DNA of 40,006 nucleotides from Dehalococcoidales bacterium (GCA_020354275.1 CP070645.1:1372788-1412793); one strand, 5' to 3'; numbered from the stretch's first letter, positions 10,072-21,132 are shown. Notes: generated by a model from the letters alone, not told the origin. Numbers and translations are program-made.

Positions 10072-10379
10072 AGATCAAAAAGAATGATAACGTACTGGTT
10101 ATTAACGGTAAAGACCGGGGTAAGAAGGGGAAGGTACGCTTTGCTTACCCTAAGAAAGAACGGGTAATTGTAGAGGGCATCAACTTCATTAAAAGGCATA
10201 CCCGGGCCCGACGCCAGGTAAGACAGGCTGGCATAATAGAGAGGGAGGCGCCTATTCACGTGTCTAATGTTATGCTCCTCTGCAGTAAGTGTAATCATCC
10301 GGCACGGGTGGGGTACCGTTACCTGGAGGATGGCCGCAAGGTCAGGATTTGCCGTGTCTGTAATGAGGTAATTGATTAA
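10068..10379 (+). CDS. rplX: 50S ribosomal protein L24 (form carrying CxxC...CxxC)
   Basis: [23 protein letters not shown] is the KOW motif. The C-terminal half has CSKC...CRVC. ATGA overlap with rplN. Confidence 0.96.
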   Translation: MKIKKNDNVLVINGKDRGKKGKVRFAYPKKERVIVEGINFIKRHTRARRQVRQAGIIEREAPIHVSNVMLLCSKCNHPARVGYRYLEDGRKVRICRVCNEVID

Positions 10380-10380
10380 G

Positions 10381-10923
10381 ATGTCCCGTTTGAAGGAGAA
10401 GTACACAACAGAGGTTGTCCCGTTGCTGATGGAGCGTTACGGGTACAAGAATGTTATGAGGGTACCCCGCCTGGAGAAAGTGGCGCTCAATATCGGTGTT
10501 GGGGAGGCCATTCAGAATGCCAGGGCTCTGGAAGCTGCCGAGAAAGACCTGGCTGATATTTCGGGGCAGCACCCGGTGACCACCCGTGCCCGTAAATCGA
10601 TAGCTGCTTTCCGGTTACGGGAAGGGATGCCGGTGGGACTGAAGGTAACCCTGCGTGGGGAAAGGATGTATCAGTTCTTTGACAAGCTGGTCAATACCGT
10701 ACTCTGCCGTGTCCGGGAGTTTCAGGGGGTTTCCCGGGATTCCTTTGACGGCCGGGGAAATTACACTCTGGCCTTTAAGGAACAAACCGTTTTCCCGGAA
10801 ATAGAGTACGATAAAATAGATAAAGCCCGGGGGCTGGAAATCTCAATCGTCACCACCGCCCGGACGGATGAGGAAAGCATGCGATTACTTGAGTTACTGG
10901 GCATGCCTTTCGCGGGAGATTGA
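10381..10923 (+). CDS. rplE: 50S ribosomal protein L5
   Basis: ATG at 10381 gives [34 protein letters not shown] (canonical). The track TTG at 10372 lies only 3 nt after the GAGG. Confidence 0.96.
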   Translation: MSRLKEKYTTEVVPLLMERYGYKNVMRVPRLEKVALNIGVGEAIQNARALEAAEKDLADISGQHPVTTRARKSIAAFRLREGMPVGLKVTLRGERMYQFFDKLVNTVLCRVREFQGVSRDSFDGRGNYTLAFKEQTVFPEIEYDKIDKARGLEISIVTTARTDEESMRLLELLGMPFAGD

Positions 10924-10934
10924 TTGGAGCTATA

Positions 10935-11120
10935 ATGGCGAAAAAGTCAGAAATTGCTAAATGGGCGCGCCCGCCTAAATACAAGGTGCAGCAGCACAAC
11001 CGCTGTCACCTGTGCGGACGGCCTCGCGCTTACATACGGAAGTTTAGCCTCTGCCGTATCTGCTTTCGTGAGCTGGCTCTGGCCGGTAAGATTCCAGGGG
11101 TACGGAAGTCGAGCTGGTAA
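10935..11120 (+). CDS. rpsZ: 30S ribosomal protein S14, zinc-binding type Z (61 aa)
   Basis: ATG at 10935 with a GGAG SD 5 nt upstream. [48 protein letters not shown] carries CxxC...CxxC. Confidence 0.96.
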   Translation: MAKKSEIAKWARPPKYKVQQHNRCHLCGRPRAYIRKFSLCRICFRELALAGKIPGVRKSSW

Positions 11121-11185
11121 TCGTAATAAGGGAGTCTGGTACTAAAACAGGCCGTGATTTATTAGAATAATATTAGGGGGGAAGA

Positions 11186-11584
11186 GTGACTATCTCTGAT
11201 CCAATAGCAGATATGCTGACCCGGATACGGAATGCCGTGATGGTACGGCATGATTCGGTACTGGTTCCGGCCTCAAAAATGAAAATGGCGATAGCCAGAG
11301 TGCTGAAGGACGAAGGGTTTATCAGCGACTATGAAGTGGTGAGGGGTAAACCACACCGGACGATCAAGGTTTACCTTAAATATGATGATAAAAACCAGCC
11401 GATAATTTCGGGGCTAGAGCGGGTCAGCAAACCTGGCTTAAGGGTATATGTTGACCGTAAGGAGATACCCCGCGTGGCCGGTGGGCTGGGCATTGCCATT
11501 ATATCAACCTCGCAGGGCGTGATGACCGGTCACAAGGCCTGGCAGAAGGGGATCGGTGGCGAATTATTATGTTATGTATTGTAG
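11186..11584 (+). CDS. rpsH: 30S ribosomal protein S8
   Basis: GTG start. [17 protein letters not shown]. Confidence 0.97.
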   Translation: MTISDPIADMLTRIRNAVMVRHDSVLVPASKMKMAIARVLKDEGFISDYEVVRGKPHRTIKVYLKYDDKNQPIISGLERVSKPGLRVYVDRKEIPRVAGGLGIAIISTSQGVMTGHKAWQKGIGGELLCYVL

Positions 11585-11605
11585 CAATATCAAGAGGTAC
11601 GATCT

Positions 11606-12157
11606 ATGTCTAGAGTAGGACGGATGCCGATTCCGGTACCGGACGGTGTCGCGGTAAATATAGAGCAGAACAAGGTTACGGTAACCGGACCGAAAGGCGA
11701 GCTTAGCCGCAGTTTTCACCCCGATATGTCCATTTCTCTGGAAGACGGTGTACTGACGGTTTCGCGGCCCAGTGATGACCGGATTCACCGCTCCCTGCAC
11801 GGGCTGACGCGAAAGCTTTTGGCCAACATGGTGGAGGGAGTATCTACCGGCTTTGAGAAAGGGCTGGAAATAGTGGGTGTTGGTTACCGCGCCGAAAAAA
11901 CCGGCGATAAGCTGGTAATGCGGATAGGTTTCTCACACCAGGTAGAAGTATCTCCGCTACCGGGTGTAGCCCTGGATGTAGAGGGCGGTAATCGCATTAA
12001 GGTTACCGGGATTAATAAGGAAATAGTTGGCGAGATGGCCGCCAGGATTCGGGCGGTCCGCCCGCCTGATGCTTATAAGGGCAAGGGTATCAGGTATGCC
12101 GGAGAGAGGGTCCGCCTTAAAGCCGGTAAGGCCGGTAAGGCAATTGGAGGCAGGTGA
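11606..12157 (+). CDS. rplF: 50S ribosomal protein L6
   Basis: MSRVGRMPIPVPDGVAV...GVGYRA. Confidence 0.97.
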   Translation: MSRVGRMPIPVPDGVAVNIEQNKVTVTGPKGELSRSFHPDMSISLEDGVLTVSRPSDDRIHRSLHGLTRKLLANMVEGVSTGFEKGLEIVGVGYRAEKTGDKLVMRIGFSHQVEVSPLPGVALDVEGGNRIKVTGINKEIVGEMAARIRAVRPPDAYKGKGIRYAGERVRLKAGKAGKAIGGR

Positions 12158-12160
12158 TAA

Positions 12161-12526
12161 ATGGCCGTAGACAGTCCCTGGAAAGCACGTCGGAAAAGGC
12201 ACCTCAGGGTTAGAGCTAAGGTTAAGGGTACCAGCTCTAAACCCCGGCTATGTGTTTTCCGCAGCCTCAATCATATATATGCCCAGGTGATTGATGATTC
12301 ACAGGGCTGTACCCTTACCTCTGCCTCAAGTCTGGACCCGGAGATAAGGAGTATGACCGAAGCTAAAACAAAGACGTCTGAGTCAGAGCTGGTTGGCACC
12401 CTGGTGGCTAAAAGGGCATTAGGCCAGGGGATAGACCAGGTAGCTTTTGACCGTGGCGGTTATCAGTATTTTGGCCGGGTGAAAGCCCTGGCCGAAGCCG
12501 CTCGTCAGGCGGGACTAAGATTTTAA
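12161..12526 (+). CDS. rplR: 50S ribosomal protein L18
   Basis: [36 protein letters not shown]...[20 protein letters not shown]. Confidence 0.97.
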   Translation: MAVDSPWKARRKRHLRVRAKVKGTSSKPRLCVFRSLNHIYAQVIDDSQGCTLTSASSLDPEIRSMTEAKTKTSESELVGTLVAKRALGQGIDQVAFDRGGYQYFGRVKALAEAARQAGLRF

Positions 12527-12546
12527 GGGAGGCGGTTGATAATTTA

Positions 12547-13062
12547 ATGCAGGAGCCGTCAGGAAAGATAGACCCAACAGAATTGGTACTGAATGACAAG
12601 ATGATTAATGTCAATCGGGTGGCCAAGGTAATGAGTGGCGGGAAACGTCTTCGTTTCAGCGCCCTGGTGGTGAGTGGCGATGGCAACGGGCATGTTGGCA
12701 TTGCTTTGGGAAAGGCTGGTGAGGTACCGCTGGCCATCAATAAGGCCAGTGCCATCGCCCATAAGAACCTGATCAAGGTACCGCTGGCCGGGACCACTAT
12801 ACCTTATGAGATAACAGTTAAGTATGGGGCCGCCCGGGTTTTACTGAAACCGGCCCCGCCGGGCACAGGCATTATCGCTGGCGGTAGTGTTCGGGCGGTT
12901 CTCGAGGCAGCCGGAGTCAGGGATATACTGACCAAGTCTCTGGGTAGTGCTAACCGTGTCAACGTGGCCAAGGCCACAATGCTAGCTCTGAGCCGGCTCA
13001 AGGACCCGAAAACGGAACTGGCCCGGCGCAGGCAAACAGAAAAGGCCAAGGAGGAAGCATAA
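12547..13062 (+). CDS. rpsE: 30S ribosomal protein S5
   Basis: [38 protein letters not shown]. Confidence 0.97.
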   Translation: MQEPSGKIDPTELVLNDKMINVNRVAKVMSGGKRLRFSALVVSGDGNGHVGIALGKAGEVPLAINKASAIAHKNLIKVPLAGTTIPYEITVKYGAARVLLKPAPPGTGIIAGGSVRAVLEAAGVRDILTKSLGSANRVNVAKATMLALSRLKDPKTELARRRQTEKAKEEA

Positions 13063-13065
13063 TCG

Positions 13066-13248
13066 GTGGCTAAACTACGTATTACCTGGGTTAAGAGCGG
13101 TATCGGTTATAGCCAGGACCAGAAAAGGACTCTGAAGTCGCTGGGCTTTCACCGGCTGAATCAGAGTGTGACCCACGATGATTCAGCCTCGATTCGGGGC
13201 ATGATTAATAAGGTTAGACACCTCGTTCGAGTGGGAGTAGAGGAGTAA
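13066..13248 (+). CDS. rpmD: 50S ribosomal protein L30
   Basis: GTG start. [28 protein letters not shown]. Confidence 0.94.
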   Translation: MAKLRITWVKSGIGYSQDQKRTLKSLGFHRLNQSVTHDDSASIRGMINKVRHLVRVGVEE

Positions 13249-13712
13249 TGAGACAGGATTTACTCTCGCCAGCCGCTGGTGCGCGGCGAAAAAGTAAAAG
13301 AGTAGGTCGGGGGGATGGCAGTGGCCATGGCACATACTCGGGACGTGGCTGCAAAGGGCAGAGGTCCCGAGCCGGTTTCAGTATGCGCCCGGGATTTGAG
13401 GGCGGGCAGCTCCCGCTGATTGAACGCCTGCCACGAAAACGGGGTTTTGTTAATATTTTCCGCACCGAATACAGTGTTGTCAATGTCAAAGAGCTTTCTG
13501 TATTCCGACCGGGGAGCGAGGTGAACCCGGAAACACTGGTATCGGCCGGGCTGGTAAAATCACTCCGGCAACCGGTGAAAATACTGGCTGAAGGTGATAT
13601 TACCCACGCTATTTCGGTAAAGGCACACAGGTTCTCCACGGCCGCCAGAGCCAAGATTGAAGCGGCGGGAGGTACAGTGGAGGAGGTGGGATATGCGGCC
13701 TCGTCCGACTAG
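13248..13712 (+). CDS. rplO: 50S ribosomal protein L15
   Basis: RKSKRVGRGDGSGHGTYSGRGCKGQRSRAG. TAATG overlap with rpmD. Confidence 0.96.
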   Translation: MRQDLLSPAAGARRKSKRVGRGDGSGHGTYSGRGCKGQRSRAGFSMRPGFEGGQLPLIERLPRKRGFVNIFRTEYSVVNVKELSVFRPGSEVNPETLVSAGLVKSLRQPVKILAEGDITHAISVKAHRFSTAARAKIEAAGGTVEEVGYAASSD

Positions 13713-15015
13713 ACCACGTCTTCTTCAGGCGATGATTGATGCCTTCCGGCTACCGGACCTCAGGCGTCGCATCCTACTTACACTGGGGATACTGGTAATA
13801 TTCCGCTTTGTAGCCCACGTGCCTTTGCCCGGTGTCGATGCCCAGAGGCTGAACGAGATATTTCAGGCAAACGCGTTACTGGGTATGCTGGACATGTTCA
13901 GCGGCGGTGCCATGAGGAATTTCTCTATCGCGGCGATGGGTGTTTACCCGTACATAACGGCTTCGATTATTATGACGCTGATGGTTCCGGTAATCCCCCG
14001 GTTGCAGGCCATTTCACAGGAGGGTGAATCTGGCCGGCACAAGATCAACCGGATTACCCACTGGCTGACGGTACCTCTGGCCGGCATTGCTGGCTATTCG
14101 CAGCTGGTATTATTGCAGCGTGAGGGCGCGGTTGCCGGGGCCGATTTCTTAACAACGGCGACAATGATTATTTCTATGATAGCCGGCACTATATTCCTGG
14201 TCTGGCTGGGCGAGATAATTACTGAATACGGTATCGGTAATGGTATATCGATAATAATCTTTGGCGGTATCGTAGCGGGATACTGGGAGATGATCGGTAG
14301 CGGTGTTCTGGCCGGACAGCAGGGACAGATAGGAGGGCTGGTGGCCTATATCCTCATTGCCCTGGCCACGGTAGCGTTAATAGTCATATTTACCGAGGCG
14401 CACCGCCGCATTCCGGTACAGTATGCCCGGACCACTTTTCGTGGAGGTCGTATGTACAAGCAGGCCGGGGGAACCCATATTCCACTGCGGGTAAATACTG
14501 CTGGTATGATACCGCTCATCTTTGCCATGGCTCTGGTGTTATTCCCGGGGATGATTGCCAGTTATTTTGCCAATCCCACGGGGGCAGACCCCAACTTTGC
14601 TAATCATATCGTTAATATATTTAATCCCAATGCTGATATGCCGCTGGGGTTGTTCTACTGGGGATTGTATTTCTTACTGGTGGTTGGCTTTGCCTTCTTT
14701 TACACCATGGTTATGTTTGAGCAGCAGGACCTGTCAGGTAATTTGCAGCGGCAGGGCGGGTTTATACCCGGGATCCGTCCCGGCAGGAACACCAAGACAT
14801 ATCTCGATAGTGTCATCAAACGCATCACCTGGGCAGGGGCGCTCTTTCTGGCTGTGGTGGCGATAATACCCTTCCTGTCCCGCGAGTTTACCAATGTCCA
14901 GGTGATACAGTTATCCAGTATGGGCTTATTGATTGTGGTAGGTGTGGTACTGGATACCATGAAGCAGATGGAAGCCCAGCTGGTGATGCGTCGCTACGAG
15001 GGCTTCATCAGATAA
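13693..15015 (+). CDS. secY: Preprotein translocase subunit SecY
   Basis: ATG at 13693 is preceded by GGAGGAGGTGGG. ...LLQAMIDAFRLPDLRRRILLTLGILVIFR, with 10 TM-like segments. It overlaps rplO by 20 nt. The track start at 13657 lies inside rplO. Confidence 0.95.
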   Translation: MRPRPTRPRLLQAMIDAFRLPDLRRRILLTLGILVIFRFVAHVPLPGVDAQRLNEIFQANALLGMLDMFSGGAMRNFSIAAMGVYPYITASIIMTLMVPVIPRLQAISQEGESGRHKINRITHWLTVPLAGIAGYSQLVLLQREGAVAGADFLTTATMIISMIAGTIFLVWLGEIITEYGIGNGISIIIFGGIVAGYWEMIGSGVLAGQQGQIGGLVAYILIALATVALIVIFTEAHRRIPVQYARTTFRGGRMYKQAGGTHIPLRVNTAGMIPLIFAMALVLFPGMIASYFANPTGADPNFANHIVNIFNPNADMPLGLFYWGLYFLLVVGFAFFYTMVMFEQQDLSGNLQRQGGFIPGIRPGRNTKTYLDSVIKRITWAGALFLAVVAIIPFLSREFTNVQVIQLSSMGLLIVVGVVLDTMKQMEAQLVMRRYEGFIR

Positions 15016-15081
15016 CAATAGTAGAGGTTTCTTAAAATATAAAGTCTGGGGAGGGGACAAGGGAGAAAGGCTTAAATAGTA

Positions 15082-15732
15082 GTGTATATTATTTTTCTGG
15101 GTGCTCCGGGTGCCGGTAAGGGTACTCAGGCGGTGAGGGTGGCACAGGAACTTAAGCTGGTACATGTTGCCACTGGCGACCTGTTACGGCAGGTACAGGA
15201 GCAGGGAACAGAGCTAGCCAAGGAAGCCAAGGCTTATATGGATAAGGGTATGCTGGTGCCGGACGAGATAACAATTAGAATGGTTCTGTCGCGTATTGCC
15301 GAACCTGATTGTCAGGTTGGGGTGATCCTTGACGGGTTTCCCAGGAATTTGAACCAGGCAGAAGTACTGGATAAATCCCTGGCGGAGAAGGATAAGGCAA
15401 TTGATAAGGTGGTGTCTATAATGATCGCTGAGCAGGAACTGCTTGACCGGCTCGGCGGGCGCTGGATTTGCCGTGAGTGTCAGACTCCGTATCATACCGT
15501 GAATTCTCCTCCCAGGGTACCAGGTAAGTGTGATCGGTGTGGTGGTGAGCTATATCAGCGTGATGACGATACTGTAGAGACGGTTAAAAAACGTCTTGAG
15601 GTCTATTCTTCGGAGACGGCTCCACTTATCGACTACTATTCGCAGCAGGGTAAACTGCTGGAGGTAGATGGTGAAGGGAGTATAGAGGAAGTGGGACAAA
15701 GGATTGTAGCGGCTTTGCAGAGGGGTAGATGA
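15082..15732 (+). CDS. adk: Adenylate kinase (4-Cys zinc lid)
   Basis: GTG start. The P-loop is GAPGAGKGTQ and the lid is CRECQTPYH...CDRCGG. Confidence 0.96.
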   Translation: MYIIFLGAPGAGKGTQAVRVAQELKLVHVATGDLLRQVQEQGTELAKEAKAYMDKGMLVPDEITIRMVLSRIAEPDCQVGVILDGFPRNLNQAEVLDKSLAEKDKAIDKVVSIMIAEQELLDRLGGRWICRECQTPYHTVNSPPRVPGKCDRCGGELYQRDDDTVETVKKRLEVYSSETAPLIDYYSQQGKLLEVDGEGSIEEVGQRIVAALQRGR

Positions 15733-16478
15733 GTATAATAATCAAGTCAGCCCGCGAAATTGCCTGCATGCGGGAAGCCGGCAGGATATGGGCGAAAGTA
15801 ATGGAAGAGCTGAAATTGAAGATAGGACCGGGGATGAAAACTGAGGAATTAGACCATATAGCCAACGAAGAAGTAACCAGGCTTGATGCCAAACCTTCGT
15901 TCAAGGGGTATCGAGGATATCCCGCCAGTCTATGCGTCTCGGTGAATGATGAAATAGTTCACGGGATTCCGGGGAAACGGGTTCTGGAGGAAGGTGATAT
16001 CGTCTCCCTCGATTTCGGTGCAATCTATGACGGTTTTCATGCTGACGCTGCCGTGACGGTAGGTATCGGCGAGGTCAGCCCGGAGGCTGCCAGGCTTATA
16101 GCGGTAACCGAGGGGTCACTTGAAGCCGGTATCGCCGCTGCCTGTCCTGGAGCAAGGCTGGGTGATGTCTCAGCAGCCATTCAGCGTTATGCTGAGTCGG
16201 GGGGTTATTCGGTGGTGCGTGAATATACCGGGCATGGTATCGGGCGGGAGATGCATGAGGAACCCCAGGTACCTAATTTTGGCTTATCCGGGCAGGGACC
16301 ACTATTGAAAAAAGGTATGACACTGGCCTTGGAGCCGATGCTAAACATTGGTGACTGGCGTACCAAGGTTGGTGATAACCAGTGGACGGTATCTACCAGT
16401 GACGGGAATCTATCGGCGCACTTTGAACATACCATTGCCATTACTGATGGTGAACCTGAGGTGCTTACTACGCTGTAG
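15729..16478 (+). CDS. map: Methionine aminopeptidase, type I
   Basis: [20 protein letters not shown]...VHGIP...[12 protein letters not shown]...GHGIG...[12 protein letters not shown] overlap with adk. Confidence 0.96.
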   Translation: MSIIIKSAREIACMREAGRIWAKVMEELKLKIGPGMKTEELDHIANEEVTRLDAKPSFKGYRGYPASLCVSVNDEIVHGIPGKRVLEEGDIVSLDFGAIYDGFHADAAVTVGIGEVSPEAARLIAVTEGSLEAGIAAACPGARLGDVSAAIQRYAESGGYSVVREYTGHGIGREMHEEPQVPNFGLSGQGPLLKKGMTLALEPMLNIGDWRTKVGDNQWTVSTSDGNLSAHFEHTIAITDGEPEVLTTL

Positions 16479-16492
16479 TTAAAAGGGAATTT

Positions 16493-16711
16493 ATGCCTAA
16501 GAAAGATACAATAGAGATTGAAGGGGTAGCTGTTGAGCCTTTGCCGAACGCCATGTTCCGCGTTGAGCTGCCCAATGGACACAAGGTACTGGCTCATATT
16601 TCAGGCAAGATGCGGATGAATTATATTAGAATATTACCAGGTGATAGAGTACTGGTTGAGCTGTCACCTTATGACCTGAGCAGAGGCAGGATTACCTATC
16701 GTTTTAAATAA
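16493..16711 (+). CDS. infA: Translation initiation factor IF-1
   Basis: [53 protein letters not shown]. Confidence 0.98.
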   Translation: MPKKDTIEIEGVAVEPLPNAMFRVELPNGHKVLAHISGKMRMNYIRILPGDRVLVELSPYDLSRGRITYRFK

Positions 16712-16824
16712 AACCCGGCTATGGGTGCCGGTTAAATTAACACCATAGTGTTAGGATGAAATTAATTGGGTTTTGTGGTTGAAAGGAATTAAGATATATA
16801 GTATAAGAGGTGGTCATATTCATC

Positions 16825-16938
16825 ATGAAGGTCAGGGCTTCAGTAAAAGTTAGATGTGATAAGTGCAAGGTAATAAGAAGGCGTGGGGTAGTCATGGTCA
16901 TTTGTTCTAACCCGAGGCATAAGCAAAGGCAGGGTTAG
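16825..16938 (+). CDS. rpmJ: 50S ribosomal protein L36 (zinc form)
   Basis: Not in the ORF track because it is under 60 aa. ATG at 16825 gives [37 protein letters not shown], stop TAG at 16936-16938. An AAGAGGTGG SD lies upstream. Confidence 0.95.
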   Translation: MKVRASVKVRCDKCKVIRRRGVVMVICSNPRHKQRQG

Positions 16939-16964
16939 TATTTTGCCCGTTAAGGAGGGAATAA

Positions 16965-17354
16965 ATGGCACGTATTGCCGGGGTTGACATACCCCGAGAC
17001 AAACAGATTTGGGTGGCACTGCAATATATTTACGGCATTGGCCCTACATTGAGCCGCAGGATTATATCGCAGGCTGAGATTAATGCTGAAGTCAAGACGG
17101 ATGATATGACCGAGGGGGAGGTCAATCGTTTGCGGGAGATTATCGACCGTCAGTACATGGTCGAGGGTGAATTAAGGAAGGAAGTTGACCTCAATATCAA
17201 ACGCCTTATTGAGATTGGTAGCTATCGCGGTAACCGTCACCGTCACAACCTGCCGGTCAGGGGGCAGCGGACGAGGACCAATGCCCGTGTCCAGCGGGGT
17301 AGCCGCAAGACGGTGGCTGGCAGGGGTAAACGGCGCGGAATGACCAAGAAATAA
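16965..17354 (+). CDS. rpsM: 30S ribosomal protein S13
   Basis: [26 protein letters not shown]. Confidence 0.98.
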   Translation: MARIAGVDIPRDKQIWVALQYIYGIGPTLSRRIISQAEINAEVKTDDMTEGEVNRLREIIDRQYMVEGELRKEVDLNIKRLIEIGSYRGNRHRHNLPVRGQRTRTNARVQRGSRKTVAGRGKRRGMTKK

Positions 17355-17426
17355 CAAGAAATGGCAGGACTGCTTTGTATAGGGCAGACATAGCCAATTA
17401 TGGCTTAACTGAAAGAGGAGAGGAAG

Positions 17427-17819
17427 ATGACACAGAGGAGACGACCCAGATCGAGGAGGCGGGAACGCAAGTCGGTTCCGTCAGGAAGGGCTTATATCCA
17501 ATCTACCTTTAACAACACTGTGGTAACCCTTACCGACCCGCAGGGAAACGTTATTGCCTGGGGGAGCTCGGGAACAGCTGGTTTTAAGGGTTCACGCAAG
17601 GGTACGCCTTATGCTGCTCAGCTGGCGGCACGGGACGCGGTCCGTAAGGCAATGGAACACGGCTTGCGGCAGGTAGAGGTATATGTTAAGGGCCCCGGCA
17701 GCGGGCGTGAAGCCGCTATACGGTCTCTGCAGAGCTCGGGTCTATATATCACCAGCATTACTGATGTCACTCCCATCCCGCATAACGGTTGCCGTCCTCC
17801 GAAGAGAAGGCGGGTGTGA
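17427..17819 (+). CDS. rpsK: 30S ribosomal protein S11
   Basis: [22 protein letters not shown]...[14 protein letters not shown]. Confidence 0.97.
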   Translation: MTQRRRPRSRRRERKSVPSGRAYIQSTFNNTVVTLTDPQGNVIAWGSSGTAGFKGSRKGTPYAAQLAARDAVRKAMEHGLRQVEVYVKGPGSGREAAIRSLQSSGLYITSITDVTPIPHNGCRPPKRRRV

Positions 17820-17828
17820 GGTAGAGAA

Positions 17829-18443
17829 ATGGCAAGATATACAGCGTCAGTATGCAAATTATGTCGCCGCTGCAGCGAGAAGTTAATGCTCAAAGGAAGC
17901 CGGTGTCTTACTCCCAAGTGTGCCATGGAAAGGCACCGGAGGGCTGTAGGCCGTCGGCGCAGAGTCTCGGACCGTGGTCTGCAACTAATAGAGAAGCAGA
18001 AGGTTCGTTATACCTACGGGGTTCTGGAAAGGCAGTTCCGGCGGACTTTTACCCAGGCAGAAAGGCAGCTGGGTATTACCGGGGACAATCTGCAGGTTCT
18101 GCTGGAAAGACGTCTTGATAATGTAGTATATCGTTTGGGCTTTGCTGAATCCCGTGCCCAGGCTCGGCAGCTGGTTCAGCACGGTCATATTATGCTTAAT
18201 GGACGTAAAACAGATATACCTTCCTGCCTGGTCAAGGAAGGCGATGTTATTAGCTGGAAGGAAAGCAGTGTCAATACTGAATATTATAAGCAACTGGTTG
18301 AGAGTATCAAAGCTAGGTCTGTGCCCAGCTGGCTAAGCCTGGATAGGCAGAAGCTATCTGGCCAGGCTATATCGCTGCCCACTCCTGATGAGGTCGATGC
18401 CAAATTTGATGGGCAGGCTATAGTTGAGTACTACTCGCGATGA
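17829..18443 (+). CDS. rpsD: 30S ribosomal protein S4 (Cys-rich zinc-type N-terminus)
   Basis: MARYTASVCKLCRRCSEKLMLKGSRCLTPKC... plus an S4 RNA-binding domain (RLDNVVYRLGFA.SRAQARQLVQHGHI). Confidence 0.97.
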   Translation: MARYTASVCKLCRRCSEKLMLKGSRCLTPKCAMERHRRAVGRRRRVSDRGLQLIEKQKVRYTYGVLERQFRRTFTQAERQLGITGDNLQVLLERRLDNVVYRLGFAESRAQARQLVQHGHIMLNGRKTDIPSCLVKEGDVISWKESSVNTEYYKQLVESIKARSVPSWLSLDRQKLSGQAISLPTPDEVDAKFDGQAIVEYYSR

Positions 18444-18455
18444 GGAGGTAGTGTT

Positions 18456-19478
18456 TTGTCTCATCTTGTAGTGCCTAAAGTCGAATGTGTTGAAAGTAGG
18501 GATTACTACGGGCGATTTGTCGCTGAACCGCTGGAAAAGGGTTTTGGTATTACTCTGGGTAATGCTATGCGTCGGGTGCTGCTGGGTTACCTTCAGGGGG
18601 CTGCGGTGACCAGGGTTAAGATTGAGGGGATTCAGCATGAATTCTCGGCAATTCCACATGTGAAGGAAGACACTACCGAGTTTCTGCTTAATGTTAAGGC
18701 GTTAAGGCTGAAACCGCTTTCTGGGCGGCCGGGTAGTCTGGTTCTGGACATATCCACAGAGGGGGTAGTTACAGCCGCTGATATACAGCCTTCGGTTGAT
18801 TTTGAAATTGCTAACCCTGAGCTTTACCTGGCCTCACTGGACTCGCCTGACGCCCGGCTCTATGTAGAATTTGATATCGAGCTATCGCAGGGTTACCGTG
18901 AGGCTGAATCGAGTGATAATATCCCGATAGGGATTATCCCGGTCGATGCCATCTTTACGCCGGTGCGAAAGGTTAATTTTACCGTTGAACCGGTTCAGGT
19001 TGACTACGAACGGCTGTTTCTGGAGGTGTGGACCGATGGTACCGTATCACCGACTGATGCAATAAGTCAGAGCGCGGAGATTTTGACCAATCAACTAACT
19101 TCGTTCGTCAGTTACACCCGTGTTTCTCAAGTGGAGGAAGAAGAAGCTGGCCGGCAGGCTGTTCCTGACGAGTTGTTCAATATGCCTGTCGAACAGTTAA
19201 GCCTGTCGGTGCGTACCCTTAATTGCCTGAGGCGTGGTGGTATAGCTACCGTGGGAGAGTTAATAAGTAAAGGTGAAAAAGACCTGCTTAACCTGCGTAA
19301 TTTCGGGCAGAAATCAAAACGGGAGATTGATGAACGCCTTGAGTTATTGGGGCTGTCTCTAGCTTCACAGTCTAAAGACGGGACAGCTGAAGGTCAGGAT
19401 GCCAAGGAGGAAAAGGCAGATGTGGCTGCCGAGGCCGAAGACCTGTCTGTCATTGAGGAGGTCTCCGGTATCAGTTAG
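18456..19478 (+). CDS. rpoA: DNA-directed RNA polymerase subunit alpha
   Basis: TTG start. GRFVAEPLEKGFGITLGNAMRRVLL. The C-terminal domain has LSLSVRTLNCLRRGGIATVGEL, followed by an acidic tail. Confidence 0.97.
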   Translation: MSHLVVPKVECVESRDYYGRFVAEPLEKGFGITLGNAMRRVLLGYLQGAAVTRVKIEGIQHEFSAIPHVKEDTTEFLLNVKALRLKPLSGRPGSLVLDISTEGVVTAADIQPSVDFEIANPELYLASLDSPDARLYVEFDIELSQGYREAESSDNIPIGIIPVDAIFTPVRKVNFTVEPVQVDYERLFLEVWTDGTVSPTDAISQSAEILTNQLTSFVSYTRVSQVEEEEAGRQAVPDELFNMPVEQLSLSVRTLNCLRRGGIATVGELISKGEKDLLNLRNFGQKSKREIDERLELLGLSLASQSKDGTAEGQDAKEEKADVAAEAEDLSVIEEVSGIS

Positions 19479-19528
19479 CTGGTGTCATGCCCGAGCTGTC
19501 AGGATAGCACTTACTGAGGTAAGTTAAT

Positions 19529-19876
19529 ATGAGCCGTAAAGCGCAAAAATCAGGAAAAAATTCAAGTTACCGGAGGGCAATGTACCGTAATCTGGTGACT
19601 GACCTTTTGGGTTATGAAAAGATAACCACTACCGAGGCCAGGGCCAGGCAGGTTCGCGGGCTGGTTGACAGGATGATTACACTGGGTAAAAAAGGAGGGC
19701 TTCACTCCCGGCGCCAGGCGTTGTCATTTATATTTGATGAAAAAGTAACCGCCAAGGTGTTTGATGAGCTTGCCCAGAGGTATGCTGACCGTCCTGGTGG
19801 CTATACACGTATTATAAAATTGGGGAACCGGCTGGGTGATGGCGCACCCGTAGTTCAACTCGAGTTGGTGAAATAA
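19529..19876 (+). CDS. rplQ: 50S ribosomal protein L17
   Basis: [28 protein letters not shown]...[17 protein letters not shown]. Confidence 0.96.
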   Translation: MSRKAQKSGKNSSYRRAMYRNLVTDLLGYEKITTTEARARQVRGLVDRMITLGKKGGLHSRRQALSFIFDEKVTAKVFDELAQRYADRPGGYTRIIKLGNRLGDGAPVVQLELVK

Positions 19877-20695
19877 GTGGCAGTGACAACAGTAAGTCAA
19901 GAGGTTGACCAGATTAATAAACTAACAACAACCACCAGGATGGTGTTGGTTATCGAATATAACGGGACACGCTATCACGGCTGGCAGCTTCAATCCGGCC
20001 TGCCTACAATTCAAGGGGAGATAGAGAAGGCATTGCTGAAGCTGACCGGAGAGAGGACCCGGGTAATGGCGGCCAGCCGCACCGATGCCGGAGTCCATGC
20101 CTGCGGACAGGTAGTCAGCTTCCTGACAGGGTCAGCTTATTTAAAGCAGACATACATAGACGGGCTGAATTACTACCTGCCCCGGGATATAGCCGTTAAA
20201 GAAGCTTATCGTGTCGGAGATTCATTGAATGTCAGGCGTGACGCGGTCAGCCGTCAATATAGCTACCATATATTTAACAGCCAGACCCGGTCTCCCTTGA
20301 GAGAAGGTCTTTCATACCGGGTATCCGGCCATCTGGATGTTGATGCTATGAATCGGGCGTGCCATGTGCTTATCGGCAGGCATGACCTGGCTTCGTTTAG
20401 CAGCGGTAGTGGGACTAATGTCGGGAGCACGGTACGTAACGTGCACCGCGCTGAATTTCACCGGGGCGGAAAGATGGTCATTTTCGATATGGTGGCCAAT
20501 GCCTTTTTACCCCATCAGGTGCGCAGTACGGTAGGGGCCCTGATCAGGGTAGGTCTGGGTAGGATGAGTGAAGGCCAGTTTTATAGTATAATGGACGCCA
20601 GAGAGCCCGGTCTGGGCCGACCCACGGCACCTGCCTGCGGGCTGTACCTGATGCAGGTGAATTATCCACGGTCTTTTGAGGAAGAAACACCATGA
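19877..20695 (+). CDS. truA: tRNA pseudouridine(38-40) synthase TruA
   Basis: [16 protein letters not shown]...[10 protein letters not shown] contains the catalytic Asp. The GTG at 19877 directly follows the rplQ stop. The in-frame ATG at 19940 (MVLVIEYNG) is an equally plausible start. Confidence 0.92.
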   Translation: MAVTTVSQEVDQINKLTTTTRMVLVIEYNGTRYHGWQLQSGLPTIQGEIEKALLKLTGERTRVMAASRTDAGVHACGQVVSFLTGSAYLKQTYIDGLNYYLPRDIAVKEAYRVGDSLNVRRDAVSRQYSYHIFNSQTRSPLREGLSYRVSGHLDVDAMNRACHVLIGRHDLASFSSGSGTNVGSTVRNVHRAEFHRGGKMVIFDMVANAFLPHQVRSTVGALIRVGLGRMSEGQFYSIMDAREPGLGRPTAPACGLYLMQVNYPRSFEEETP

Positions 20696-21132
20696 AAACC
20701 TATAGCGCCAAAGCGGCTGATATTAAACGAGAATGGCATGTTATCGATGCTTCGGAGCAGGTTCTGGGGAAGCTGGCCACACGGGCGGCTACTTTGCTGA
20801 TAGGTAAGCATAAACCGATATTCAGCCGTCACCTGGATGTGGGTGATTATGTTGTTGTTGTCAACGCTGAGAAGATCCGTGTCACCGGTAACAAGGTTCA
20901 GCAGAAGGTATATTACCGGCATTCAGGTTATCCCGGGGGACTGAAAAGTATAAGCCTGGATAAAATGCTGAAGACCGATCCCGCCCGGGTGATTGAGTAT
21001 GCCGTGAAAGGCATGGTGCCCCACACACGTCTGGGAGCCAGAATGATGAAAAGGCTCAGGGTATTTGCCGGTGAAAGCCATCCTTATCAGGGCCAGGTAA
21101 AGGCTTCTCCGGTGAAGCTAGAAGAAGCGTAA
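20692..21132 (+). CDS. rplM: 50S ribosomal protein L13
   Basis: [35 protein letters not shown] overlap with truA. Confidence 0.97.
   Translation: MKTYSAKAADIKREWHVIDASEQVLGKLATRAATLLIGKHKPIFSRHLDVGDYVVVVNAEKIRVTGNKVQQKVYYRHSGYPGGLKSISLDKMLKTDPARVIEYAVKGMVPHTRLGARMMKRLRVFAGESHPYQGQVKASPVKLEEA

Noticed and set aside
15048-15070. A G-rich tract, GGGGAGGGGACAAGGGAGAAAGG, upstream of adk could be a G-quadruplex.
   Set aside because: It has only three solid G-runs. It sits where the adk SD is expected, so the purine richness is explained by ribosome binding.
1020-15165. Many antisense ORFs lie inside r-protein, fusA and secY genes (for example 1020..1403, 1574..2029, 3460..3996, 6583..6993, 9927..10406, 12408..12797, 13214..13654).
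   Set aside because: Each lies opposite a highly conserved, confidently identified gene. They have no SD and no recognisable family, and their composition is typical of antisense frames.
16779-16807. A TTGAAA-17-TATAAG promoter-like sequence lies in the 113-nt infA-rpmJ spacer.
   Set aside because: The predicted TSS (about 16814) would fall downstream of the rpmJ SD (16804-16812). The -10 also lacks the conserved final T.
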